A DNA stretch of 64,000 nucleotides, taken from NCBI RefSeq assembly GCF_017348835.2, contig NZ_CP071375.1; one strand, given 5' to 3'. Positions 14,152 to 24,554 of this stretch are shown here, piece after piece. The notes under the pieces are model-generated. The model was given only the letters and a program-made list of their open reading frames with translations, had not been told where the DNA came from and did no database searches. Made by a program: the position numbers and the translations under genes. The number at the start of each line of letters is the position of its first letter. Within the stretch, counting starts at the first letter, position 1. Origin of the DNA: Escherichia coli (GTDB lineage: Bacteria; Pseudomonadota; Gammaproteobacteria; Enterobacterales; Enterobacteriaceae).

Positions 14152-15330
14152 TCAACGCGCCACCCAACCGAGGGTGCGCTGCGCCAGCACATCGCGTGCC
14201 GGGGTGAATAATTCCATCGTCATCAGCCCGATGTTGCGCCCGACAACCAATGGCGTCCAACGGTTGGCAAAAAGATGTACAAGGCTGTCCGTGACGCCAA
14301 TGGTTGCTTCGCGATCGCTCTGTCGACGCTGCTGATAACGACACAATACGCCGTAATCACCCATGTCTTCTCCGCGCTCCTGCGCCTGAGTCAGGGTTTC
14401 CGCAAGACTCATGACATCTCGCATACCGAGGTTGAACCCTTGCCCGGCAATCGGGTGCAGGGTTTGCGCCGCATTGCCCACCAGCACGGTACGATGGGTA
14501 ATAGATCTGGCGGCGTGGGTTAACGCCAGCGGATAAGCACTGCGTTTACCAGCGTGGGTAATTTTCCCAAGTCGCCAGCCAAAGGCCGACTGGAGTTCAC
14601 GGCAAAACTTCTCGTCGCTCCACGACAGCACCTCTTCGCGCCGTTCCAGTGGATGACACCAGACCAGCGAACAGCGTCCGTCAGACATCGGCAACATCGC
14701 CAGCGGGCCATGTTGCGTAAAGCGTTCAAAAGCGCGCCCTTCATGCGCAACGGAAGTCGCAACGTTGGCAATCACAGCCAGTTGTTCGTAAGGCTCCTGC
14801 TGCCAGTCAACGCCGCACACAGTGGCTAACGCTGAATGGGTGCCATCAGCGGCTACCAGCACGCGGCCCGTCAGCGTCTCGCCACACTGCAGCGTCACTT
14901 CAACATGACTCTGAGTACGGGCAACGTTAGCCACGCGATCCGGGCAATGCAGCGTTACGCCAGGTGCTTTGCGCAGCAATGCAAACAGCCGTTGCCCGAC
15001 ATTGTGCAATTCGACAACCTGCCCCAGCGCCGCCAGTTGGTAATCTTCTGCGGCGAGGGTGACGAATCCGGCATGACCACGATCGCTGACATGCACGGTA
15101 GTGATGGCGGTTGCGCAATCAGCCAGAGATTGCCAGACGCCGATGCGCGCCAGTTGCTGACAGGTCCCCGCCGCTAGCGCAATAGCTCGTCCATCAAAGC
15201 CCGGATGAGCATGTGACTCTGGCGCGGTCGCTTCAATCAAATGTACCGGCAGCGCTCCGTGACTTAACCGGGAAATAGCCAGCGCCAGCGTCGCGCCCGC
15301 CATGCCGCCACCGACGATGATTACGCTCAT
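14152..15330 (-). CDS. ubiH: 2-octaprenyl-6-methoxyphenol hydroxylase UbiH
   Basis: 392 aa ORF, FAD motif IIVGGGMAG. Confidence 0.9.
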   Translation of the reverse strand: MSVIIVGGGMAGATLALAISRLSHGALPVHLIEATAPESHAHPGFDGRAIALAAGTCQQLARIGVWQSLADCATAITTVHVSDRGHAGFVTLAAEDYQLAALGQVVELHNVGQRLFALLRKAPGVTLHCPDRVANVARTQSHVEVTLQCGETLTGRVLVAADGTHSALATVCGVDWQQEPYEQLAVIANVATSVAHEGRAFERFTQHGPLAMLPMSDGRCSLVWCHPLERREEVLSWSDEKFCRELQSAFGWRLGKITHAGKRSAYPLALTHAARSITHRTVLVGNAAQTLHPIAGQGFNLGMRDVMSLAETLTQAQERGEDMGDYGVLCRYQQRRQSDREATIGVTDSLVHLFANRWTPLVVGRNIGLMTMELFTPARDVLAQRTLGWVAR

Positions 15331-16652
15331 TGCTTTCTCGCAGCTGCCATCAACGCTTCGATTTCTTCCGGCTTTTTCACCACGCTGGCGGTGAGGTTTT
15401 CGTTACCGGTTTCGGTAATCACAATGTCGTCTTCAATACGAATGCCGATACCGCGATATTGTTCTGGCACTTCTGCATCCGGCGCAATATACAGCCCTGG
15501 CTCTACGGTCAGTACCATGCCCGGTTCCAGAATGCGCGAGCGATCCTGACCATAAACACCCACGTCATGGACATCCAGTCCTAACCAGTGGCTAAGGCCA
15601 TGCATAAAGAAAGGACGATGGGCGTTCTGAGCGATCAGTTCATCAACATCACCTTTCAGGATGCCGAGTTTTACCAGACCGCTAACCATGATGCGCACCA
15701 CTTCACCGGTGACTTCCTGAATGGAAGTTCCCGGACGATACAGGCGCAGGCTGGTTTCGAGAGACTCCAGCACAATGTCGTAGATTTCACGCTGAGCCTG
15801 AGTGAATTTGCCGTTGACCGGGAAGGTGCGGGTAATATCGCCAGCGTAACCTTTGTATTCGCAACCCGCGTCAATCAACACCAGATCGCCGTCGCGCAGT
15901 TCACACTCGTTTTCGGTGTAATGCAGAATGCAGCCGTTTTCACCGCTGCCGACAATGGTGTTATAGGAAGGATAGCGCGCGCCGTGGCGGTTAAATTCGT
16001 GGTGAATTTCGCCTTCCAGGTGGTACTCGAACATTCCCGGACGGCATTTTTCCATCGCCCGGGTATGCGCCAGGGCGGTGATTTCACCCGCGCGGCGAAG
16101 TACGGCAATCTCTTCCGGCGATTTGAACAGGCGCATTTCATGAACAATGGGACGCCAGTCGATCATCGTTGCCGGCGCGGTGAGATTTTGCCGCGAACCT
16201 TTACGCAGTTTTTCCAGCGCACTGTTCACGATTTCATCAGCATATGCATATTCGCCCTGGGCATGGTAAACCACATCCAGGCCGTTAAGTAGTTGATAAA
16301 GTTGCTGATTGATTTCGCTGAATGCCAGTGCGCGGTCAACGCCCAGTTTCTCTGGCGCGGCATCCTGGCCTAAGCGACGGCCAAACCAGATCTCCGCCGT
16401 CAGGTCGCGAACGCGGTTAAACAGAACGCTGTGGTTATGAGTGTCATCGCTTTTAATCAGCACCAGCACCGCTTCCGGTTCATTAAAGCCGGTGAAGTAC
16501 CAGAAGTCACTGTTCTGACGATAGGGGTATTCGCTGTCGGCGCTACGTGTTACTTCTGGTGCAGCAAAAATCAGCGCGGCGCTGCCGGGTTGCATTTGCT
16601 CCACCAGGGCCTGACGGCGACGCTGAAACTCTTGCCGGGATATCTCACTCAT
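15327..16652 (-). CDS. pepP: Xaa-Pro aminopeptidase
   Basis: 441 aa from ATG 16652 (MSEISRQEFQRRRQAL...); 4-nt overlap with ubiH. Confidence 0.9.
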   Translation of the reverse strand: MSEISRQEFQRRRQALVEQMQPGSAALIFAAPEVTRSADSEYPYRQNSDFWYFTGFNEPEAVLVLIKSDDTHNHSVLFNRVRDLTAEIWFGRRLGQDAAPEKLGVDRALAFSEINQQLYQLLNGLDVVYHAQGEYAYADEIVNSALEKLRKGSRQNLTAPATMIDWRPIVHEMRLFKSPEEIAVLRRAGEITALAHTRAMEKCRPGMFEYHLEGEIHHEFNRHGARYPSYNTIVGSGENGCILHYTENECELRDGDLVLIDAGCEYKGYAGDITRTFPVNGKFTQAQREIYDIVLESLETSLRLYRPGTSIQEVTGEVVRIMVSGLVKLGILKGDVDELIAQNAHRPFFMHGLSHWLGLDVHDVGVYGQDRSRILEPGMVLTVEPGLYIAPDAEVPEQYRGIGIRIEDDIVITETGNENLTASVVKKPEEIEALMAAARKQ

Positions 16653-16677
16653 AACACTCTCCTTACGTTTTTTGTTT

Positions 16678-17256
16678 TTAGTGTAGAGTCGGTTTTTGTA
16701 CTTCTGGCGCGGTCGGTTGCGGATGAGTAAAGGTGTCGTGGCATAACAGCGCGGCAACACGAACGTATTCGATGATCTCTTCAAGCGACATTTCAAGCTC
16801 TTCCTGATCTTCGTCTTCGTCGTAGCCCAGCTGCGCGATGTTACGCAGATCATCGATGGCTTCACCGGTTTCGCCGGTCACTTTGTCCAGCTTCGGTTGC
16901 GTAACGCCAAGACCAAGCAGGAAGTGATTGACCCAACCTGCCAGTGCATCAGCCCGATCGAAAACGCTGACATCATCGCCATCAGGCAGATAAAGCTGAA
17001 AAAGGAAGCCGTCATCCTGCAGGGCATCGCTGGTGGCAGAGTGCATTTTACGCAGTGCCTGTGCCAGCTCATGACCGAAAGCCATGCCTTCGTTCGTCAG
17101 GTCGTGAAGTAGCGGCAGCCATGAGCTGTCATCGTTACCGCCACATATCATCCCACTGATTAAACCATGCATCTCAGCAGGGGTCAGACCCGTCCCTTGT
17201 TGGTTCAGATACTGGTTCATTTCGTTGTAACCAGGCATTTCGTTCTGTATAGACAT
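16678..17256 (-). CDS. ygfB: UPF0149 protein YgfB
   Basis: 192 aa from ATG 17256 ([15 protein letters not shown]...). Confidence 0.85.
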
Positions 17257-17357
17257 AAGCATTCGTCGTCAAAGGGAGGAATATTCATGATATGCTACCA
17301 CTTTGGGCCCTGGTGGACCAGAAAAGGGCTTGTCTCTTCTCATCAGGGTAGCTATAG

Positions 17358-17753
<396 letters not shown>

Positions 17754-17794
17754 CACTTTTCGGTTTACTGTGGTAGAGTAACCGTGAAGACAAA

Positions 17795-17978
17795 ATTTCT
17801 CTGAGATGTTCGCAAGCGGGCCAGTCCCCTGAGCCGATATTTCATACCACAAGAATGTGGCGCTCCGCGGTTGGTGAGCATGCTCGGTCCGTCCGAGAAG
17901 CCTTAAAACTGCGACGACACATTCACCTTGAACCAAGGGTTCAAGGGTTACAGCCTGCGGCGGCATCTCGGAGATTCC
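17795..17978 (+). ncRNA. ssrS: 6S RNA
   Basis: Sequence atttctctgagatgttcgcaagcgggccagtcccctgagccgatatttcatacc...ggagattccc matches remembered 6S RNA over its full length; sits between zapA and ygfA. Confidence 0.9.
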
Positions 17979-17998
17979 CTTCTTATCTGGCACCAGCC

Positions 17999-18601
17999 AT
18001 GACGCAACTACCAGAACTCCCACTGACATTATCCCGACAAGAAATCCGCAAAATGATTCGGCAACGTCGTCGTGCGTTAACGCCGGAACAACAGCTGGAA
18101 ATGGGTCAACAAGCCGCTACCCGGATGATGACTTATCCCCCGGTGGTGATGGCACATACGGTCGCTGTATTCCTCTCTTTTGATGGAGAACTCGACACCC
18201 AGCCGCTTATAGAACAACTCTGGCGCGCCGGTAAGCGCGTATATCTTCCAGTTTTGCATCCCTTTAGTGCCGGTAATTTGCTGTTCCTGAATTACCATCC
18301 GCAAAGCGAACTGGTGATGAACAGGTTGAAGATCCATGAGCCAAAACTGGATGTGCGTGACGTGCTACCCCTTTCCCGATTAGACGTGTTGATCACACCG
18401 CTGGTCGCCTTTGATGAGTACGGTCAGCGCCTGGGAATGGGCGGTGGTTTTTATGATCGGACCTTACAAAACTGGCAGCACTATAAAATGCAACCGGTGG
18501 GTTATGCGCATGATTGTCAGTTGGTGGAAAAACTCCCCGTTGAAGAGTGGGATATCCCACTGCCTGCGGTGGTTACACCGTCGAAAGTCTGGGAGTGGTG
18601 A
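17999..18601 (+). CDS. ygfA: 5-formyltetrahydrofolate cyclo-ligase
   Basis: ORF track 17855-18601 begins inside ssrS; realistic start is ATG 17999 (MTQLPELPL..., 200 aa) or ATG 18053 (MIRQRRR..., 182 aa). Confidence 0.85.
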   Translation: MTQLPELPLTLSRQEIRKMIRQRRRALTPEQQLEMGQQAATRMMTYPPVVMAHTVAVFLSFDGELDTQPLIEQLWRAGKRVYLPVLHPFSAGNLLFLNYHPQSELVMNRLKIHEPKLDVRDVLPLSRLDVLITPLVAFDEYGQRLGMGGGFYDRTLQNWQHYKMQPVGYAHDCQLVEKLPVEEWDIPLPAVVTPSKVWEW

Positions 18602-18649
18602 GGGCGACACACCTGCATCGCCCTGATTGACATCGTTGATTCTTTGACC

Positions 18650-18800
18650 TAATTTAGTGAGTAAGGGTAAGGGAGGATGACTCCTCCCCTGAGACTGACT
18701 GTTAATAAGCTGGGAAACTTATGAGTAACAGTACAATCAGTATGATGACAAATCGCATCATAACCCTTCTCCTTTAAGCCCTCGCTTCGGTGAGGGCTTT
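18650..18800 (+). ncRNA. sibC: SibC antitoxin sRNA (boundaries approximate)
   Basis: Antisense to ibsC, ends in hairpin gccctcgcttcggtgagggc at 18778-18797; position between ygfA and serA as remembered for sibC. Confidence 0.55.
18702..18761 (-). CDS. ibsC: type I toxin IbsC (19 aa hydrophobic peptide)
   Basis: Reverse strand atg atg cga ttt gtc atc ata ctg att gta ctg tta ctc ata agt ttc cca gct tat taa = MMRFVIILIVLLLISFPAY; below the ORF-track size cutoff. Confidence 0.8.
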   Translation of the reverse strand: MMRFVIILIVLLLISFPAY

Positions 18801-18937
18801 ACCGTTACAGCCCTGTGCTGTCCCGCCATCGTAAATCCCCATTAAATAAACACAACGCATTGATCTGACTTTGATTTATTTTCTGGAGCAGACTCGCAAA
18901 GTAGAATGCGCAACGCGGCAACGGTGTGGAGAAGGGA

Positions 18938-18969
18938 TAAAAAAACGGGCAAGTCAGTGACCTGCCCGT
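18938..18969 (-). terminator. serA rho-independent terminator
   Basis: Hairpin acgggca...tgcccgt followed on the minus strand by a 7-T run, about 25 nt past the serA stop. Confidence 0.6.
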
Positions 18970-18989
18970 TGATTGTCAGAGAAGGGGAA

Positions 18990-20222
18990 TTAGTACAGCA
19001 GACGGGCGCGAATGGTACCCGGAATAGCTTTCATTGCCTGCAGCGCTTTTTCGGCAACGTCTTCGTCGGCTTCAATATCAATAACCACATAACCCATCTG
19101 GGCGGAAGTTTGTAGATATTGCGCGGCGATGTTGACGCCCTGCTCGGCGAAGATTTTGTTCAGCGCAGTTAGCACGCCCGGACGGTTTTCGTGGATGTGC
19201 ATCAGACGACGCCCACCGTGCAGTGGCAGCGAGACTTCCGGGAAGTTCACCGCAGAGAGCGTTGAGCCATTGTCAGAATACTTGATCAATTTACCCGCAA
19301 CTTCCAGGCCAATATTCTCCTGCGCTTCCTGAGTCGAACCGCCAATGTGTGGCGTCAGAAGGACGTTGTCGAATTCACACAGCGGAGAGGTAAATGGATC
19401 GCTATTGGTCGCCGGTTCCGTCGGGAATACGTCGATTGCCGCCCCCGCCAGATGTTTGCTCGCCAGCGCATCACACAGCGCCGGAATATCCACCACAGTA
19501 CCGCGCGAAGCATTAATCAGCAGCGAGCCGGGCTTCATTAGTGAAATTTCTTTCGCGCCCATCATATTTTTGGTGGACGGATTCTCTGGTACATGCAGAC
19601 TCACCACATCGCTCATATTCAGCAGGTCAGAAAGATGCTGTACCTGAGTGGCGTTGCCCAGCGGCAGTTTGTTTTCAATATCATAAAAGTAAACATACAT
19701 TCCCAGCGATTCAGCCAGAATGCCCAATTGCGTACCAATATGACCGTAGCCGATGATACCCAGCTTTTTGCCGCGCGCTTCAAAAGAACCCGCCGCCAGT
19801 TTGTTCCACACGCCACGGTGCGCTTTAGCATTGGCTTCCGGTACGCCGCGCAATAGCAGCAGCAGTTCGCCAATCACCAGCTCCGCAACAGAGCGCGTAT
19901 TTGAGAACGGGGCGTTAAATACCGGGATCCCGCGCTTTGCCGCCGCATCCAGATCAACCTGGTTTGTTCCTATACAGAAACAGCCAATAGCGACCAGCTT
20001 TTCTGCGGCGTTGATCACGTCTTCAGTCAGATGGGTACGGGATCGCAGGCCGATGAAGTGGGCATCGCGGATGGATTCTTTTAATTGTTCATCATCCAGC
20101 GCGCCTTTGTGAAATTCGATGTTGGTGTAACCAGCTGCACGAAGGCTTTCCAGCGCCTTTTGGTGCACGCCTTCTACCAGCAGAAACTTAATCTTGTCTT
20201 TCTCCAGCGATACCTTTGCCAT
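18990..20222 (-). CDS. serA: D-3-phosphoglycerate dehydrogenase
   Basis: 410 aa ORF, NAD-binding GIIGYGHIG motif. Confidence 0.95.
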   Translation of the reverse strand: MAKVSLEKDKIKFLLVEGVHQKALESLRAAGYTNIEFHKGALDDEQLKESIRDAHFIGLRSRTHLTEDVINAAEKLVAIGCFCIGTNQVDLDAAAKRGIPVFNAPFSNTRSVAELVIGELLLLLRGVPEANAKAHRGVWNKLAAGSFEARGKKLGIIGYGHIGTQLGILAESLGMYVYFYDIENKLPLGNATQVQHLSDLLNMSDVVSLHVPENPSTKNMMGAKEISLMKPGSLLINASRGTVVDIPALCDALASKHLAGAAIDVFPTEPATNSDPFTSPLCEFDNVLLTPHIGGSTQEAQENIGLEVAGKLIKYSDNGSTLSAVNFPEVSLPLHGGRRLMHIHENRPGVLTALNKIFAEQGVNIAAQYLQTSAQMGYVVIDIEADEDVAEKALQAMKAIPGTIRARLLY

Positions 20223-20477
20223 TTACCCAATCCTGTCTTTTGAAATGTTGTGTGCGGATTTGCGTCCGCCTTTCAACATATCAAAAAATAATATTGCGGC
20301 AATATGAACGTTTGCGTCGCGATGTTGAGGAAATATCACGCAAAGGTAATTCTTGGATGAATATGCTGGTTTAGAGGATTTATTTAGAGCAATCGACAAT
20401 AGCCAGGTAAAAACGTGACACATGTCACCAAATTTAATGAAGAGAATTTTTTTAACGGGGGAGGTTCCCCCGTCAGA

Positions 20478-21137
20478 TCATTTCACAATGGTTTTGACAC
20501 CGTCAGGTGTGCCAATCAGCGCAACGTCCGCGCCACGGTTAGCAAACAAGCCAACAGTCACCACGCCAGGAATCGCATTTATGGCGTTTTCCATCGCTAT
20601 CGGGTCAAGGATTTCCATGCCGTGGACGTCGAGGATCACGTTGCCATTATCGGTCACCACGCCCTGACGGTATTCCGGACGACCGCCCAGTTTCACCAGC
20701 TGGCGCGCCACTGCACTACGTGCCATCGGGATAACTTCTACTGGCAGCGGGAATTTACCCAGAATATCAACCTGCTTGGAAGCGTCTGCAATACAGATAA
20801 ATTTTTCTGCAACCGAAGCAATGATTTTTTCACGGGTCAGCGCCGCGCCGCCGCCTTTGATCATTTGCATGTGGCCGTTGATTTCATCTGCGCCATCAAC
20901 GTAGATGCCAAGGCTGTCGACTTCGTTGAGATCAAAAACGTGAATGCCGAGGCTTTTCAGTTTTTCAGTGGAAGCATCTGAACTGGAAACGGCCCCTTCA
21001 ATCTGGCCTTTCATTGTACCGAGCGCGTCAATAAAGTGTGCGGCGGTGGAACCTGTACCTACACCAACAATGGTGCCGGGCTGAACATACTGAAGTGCCG
21101 CCCATCCTACTGCTTTTTTCAATTCATCCTGCGTCAT
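20478..21137 (-). CDS. rpiA: ribose-5-phosphate isomerase A
   Basis: 219 aa from ATG 21137 ([15 protein letters not shown]...); ORF track has a 24-codon extension. Confidence 0.95.
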
Positions 21138-21192
21138 GATCGTTTCGCCTGTGGTATGAAATTTCACACGCATTATATACAAAAAAAGCGAT

Positions 21193-22089
21193 TCAGACCC
21201 CGTTGGCAAGCCGCGTGGTTAACTCATCCATAAAATATCGCGCAATGGCAGGCATCCCCTTTCGCCCCGCAAATAAAGCATACAACGGTCTGGGTATGCC
21301 GCTCCACGGTGCAAACAGGCGCACCAGTTCACCGTTCACAAGCCCCTGTTTACAGGCAAATTGAGGCAATAACGCCACGCCATTCCCACCAAGTACTGCC
21401 TGCAGCATGACGCGAAGGTTATTTGACTGCAAACGCGCCTCAGGCTGCAGCGTAATCTCCTGTTCGCCATTAATTAATTGCCACTGGCTCCCGCCATTGT
21501 TCGCCAGCCGAAGGATCCCGTCGACGTGGTTAAGATCTTCAATAGCTTTCACCTGCGGATGGCGGGCCAGCCACTGAGAACTGGCAACTAAAATATCAGC
21601 CTGGGTATGTAATTTTTTATAATGCAGCGTCGAGTCCGCAAGCGCGCCGGAAGCCGTAACCAGCGCAATATCAATGCCTTCAGCGACCATATCCACCGGG
21701 CGATTAATTGCCAGCAGTTGCACCTTCGCCAGGGGCCAACGGGCGATAAACTCACTGACAAACTCACCAAACCATGTTTCAGCCATAAATACCGGCGCGC
21801 TGACGCGCAGCATTCCCTGTGGGCTTTCCTGGGCGGCCATCACCACCGCTCTAGCCCGTTCCTCCTGCGCCATCAGCGCCCGACATTCGACAGCAAACTG
21901 TTCGCCTGCCGCCGTCAGGGCCAGACGCCGCGTAGTTCGCTGAATAAGCCGTACGCCAAGGCGCTCCTCCAGTGCAGCCATTCGTCGGCTTAATACCGAT
22001 TTCGACACGCCCGCACGCAGCGCCGCCTGACTGTAGCTGCCTTCATCGGCAATCAGGGCAAAGTAGTAATAATCATTCCAGTCGATCAT
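21193..22089 (-). CDS. LysR-family transcriptional regulator, intact (K-12 carries only a fragment annotated yqfE at this site, as far as I recall)
   Basis: 298 aa; N-terminal HTH ([35 protein letters not shown]) plus substrate-binding domain; divergent from the next gene. Confidence 0.8.
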
Positions 22090-22120
22090 GATTGTTCTAT
22101 TTTCACAACAATGAAGTTCA

Positions 22121-22136
22121 ATTATGTCTATTTAAT
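22121..22136. promoter_or_regulatory. candidate LTTR box attatgtctatttaat (ATTA-N8-TAAT dyad) in divergent promoter
   Basis: Dyad with T-N11-A architecture within the 100-bp gap between the LysR gene and the azoreductase-like gene. Confidence 0.3.
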
Positions 22137-22189
22137 CATCATGTCAACAACAGTTAAACTTCTCTCATCGCAGAAACGAGAGCAAGCCC

Positions 22190-22819
22190 ATGAAAATTCT
22201 CCATATCGACAGTAGCCCAATGCTTAAGCATTCAAGTTCGCGGAAATTAAGCCAGGCGCTGGTAGAAGCGCTTTGCCAACACTTTCCTCAAGCCACAATT
22301 ATTCATCGCGACGTTGGCCTGACGCCGCCGCCCCATTTGCGTGAAGAAACCTTTCTGGCGCTTTGCGGTAAAGAAGAGTGCAAGAACGCACAAATTCAGC
22401 AGGAGGTGAATGATATCCACGCCGCTATTGATGAACTGGCATCGTGCGATGTGCTCATTATTGGCGCGCCGATGATTAATCACAGCGTTTCATCTGGCCT
22501 CAAAACCTGGATAGATCAGGTGTGTCAGGCTGGTTTAACGTTTCGTTTTAGCTCTGCAGGCGCCGTTGGGTTACTGAAGGATAAACCGACGTTTATTGTC
22601 TCGACGCGCGGCGGTATCTATTGCGATGAAGCACATCTGGCGCTGGATCATCAGGAAAGTTATCTGCAAGCCACGCTGAAATTAATGGGCATTACCAATA
22701 CACATATTTTACGTGCAGAAGGTGTCGACAAAACCCAACCGGGACGCGAACTCGCCGAGCAAAATGCATTAGCGCAAATCCCTGATCTTATTACACAAGT
22801 ATTTAATCATTACGTTTAA
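22190..22819 (+). CDS. FMN-dependent NADH azoreductase / flavodoxin-like quinone reductase family protein
   Basis: 209 aa; same architecture as AzoR (MKILHIDSSP...DVLIIGAPMINHSVSSGLKTWIDQV...TFRFSSAGAVGLL...STRGGIY). Confidence 0.7.
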   Translation: MKILHIDSSPMLKHSSSRKLSQALVEALCQHFPQATIIHRDVGLTPPPHLREETFLALCGKEECKNAQIQQEVNDIHAAIDELASCDVLIIGAPMINHSVSSGLKTWIDQVCQAGLTFRFSSAGAVGLLKDKPTFIVSTRGGIYCDEAHLALDHQESYLQATLKLMGITNTHILRAEGVDKTQPGRELAEQNALAQIPDLITQVFNHYV

Positions 22820-22835
22820 TATAAAAGGAGTTATT

Positions 22836-23096
22836 ATGTCTATTAAGCAAAATTTATTTACCGCGTTATTTCTTTGCACTCTCACAGGACATGCATTTGC
22901 AGCAACCGAGATACACAAACCGGACAATAATCTTGAACAGTTATCAAAAGTGAGCATGTCTACACACAATAGCAACCCAGCGGGCGTTGAAAGCCAAATC
23001 AAAGAGAAAGCGGAAGAGTTACAAGCCAGCAATTACTACATCAGTTCTTTCTCCGGTAAAAATTATATCCACGCTACTGTGATTTTCTATAAATAA
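22836..23096 (+). CDS. small secreted DUF1471 (BhsA/McbA/YdgH-like) protein
   Basis: 86 aa, signal peptide ending HAFA, C-terminal ...IHATVIFYK typical of the family; GGAG Shine-Dalgarno-like sequence 8 nt upstream. Confidence 0.6.
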   Translation: MSIKQNLFTALFLCTLTGHAFAATEIHKPDNNLEQLSKVSMSTHNSNPAGVESQIKEKAEELQASNYYISSFSGKNYIHATVIFYK

Positions 23097-23158
23097 TCAC
23101 TCTATTTAATGGGAGCATGGAACTGTTCTATGCTCCGCTGCCAAAATGAAATAAAAAA

Positions 23159-24484
23159 ATGAAAAAAGCTAATCTTACAGGTACGTTGGTTTGCTTTGTC
23201 GCATGTATTATTTTTTTGTCATCCGGCGATATTTTTCGTGAAAAGCCAATCGCGCTAATATGGTTCATTCGACAAAACACACTCTTTTTTACGGGAACCC
23301 TTGCGTGGTGTCTGATGACGCTGACGATGTGCTTATCGTTGCGTTCATCATGGCTTAACAAGATGCTGGGCGGTCTGGATAAAGCATGGCGATTACATAA
23401 GTGGGCAGGAATATGCGCCATCGTTTTTTCTTTCGCCCACTGGCTGGATGAAAAATTACCCCAGTTATTTGTCGCCTTTGGCTGGCTTACTCACCCTGGT
23501 AAAATTGTTGATATTAACCTGACGCCAGTACAAGAAAATTGGCTTCATGTGGGACTGTTAGCGGGTGAATGTGCAATGTTTATTATGATAGCGATGGTTT
23601 GCGTGTCTCTTAGCAAAAGAGTTCCCTATCATTTATTTCATCTTGTTCACCGTTTGTTCCCTGTCTTTTATCTGGCAATTGCCTTTCATGTGTTTACTGC
23701 TTTGTTTAAATCATATTGGTGGGAAACTCCTGCTGCGTATTTATTAATTTTAATTACTATTCCGGGCGTCTTTGTGGCTTTCATTTCGCTGCTGAAGTTA
23801 AACGGTAATAAAAGCAAGCATCAGGCCACCGTTAAAAGCATTGTTAACCATCCGGGACAAATTACCGAAGTCATACTGGAGATGGAACATCCCATCGACT
23901 ATTGTCCGGGGCAGTTTGCATTCTTAACTTTCGCACACAGTAAAGAATCTCACCCTTTTACTATCGCTTCATATGTAAAAGAGAAGAACACGTTGCGCTT
24001 TGCCATCAAAAATTTAGGGGATTATACCTCGACTCTGGCATCCTCGATACAAATCGGCCAGTCCGCCCTCGTTGAAGGGCCATGGGGAAAGTTTGATTTT
24101 ACTCTCCCTTGCTCCCGCCAGGTCTGGATAGCAGGAGGCATCGGCATTACCCCTTTTATCGCCCAGCTTGAGTATCTGAACCAGCATGGCGCGTCCCCTG
24201 TTTCTGTGGATCTCTGGTATTGCATCAGCCGAAGCGAGGATGCATGGTATGTTGATAAACTTACCTCACTTTGTGCCCAGGCCAGTGTCACACTGCATCT
24301 GCTTGATGCGCATAAAGGTGAGCGCCTACAGTCGCACTATCTTACTGATAAAATAGCAAATAAAGGTGACACCCATTTCTGGTTTTGCGGCCCACAGAGT
24401 TTTGCCAAAGCGCTCAGCAAAGGGTTATATGAAAATGGGATTGCCAGCCAAAACTTCCATTACGACCGCTTTTGTATGCGTTAA
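23159..24484 (+). CDS. NOX/ferric-reductase-type flavocytochrome (6-TM bis-heme domain fused to FAD/NAD(P)H-binding domain)
   Basis: 441 aa; His80/His94 and His164/His177 with 14/13 spacing in TM helices, HPFT FAD motif, [11 protein letters not shown](P)H motif, C-terminal FCGP. Confidence 0.7.
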
Positions 24485-24554
24485 ATGCTCTGTACCCAAC
24501 GCAAAATTGTGTCATAGTGCAGGAAAAAGCATTTACCAGGAGCAGACAACAGCA

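Noticed and set aside
22769-23421. Minus-strand ORFs of 87 and 97 aa inside the redox module
   Set aside because: Antisense to the DUF1471 and NOX-like genes, no ribosome-binding site or domain signal.
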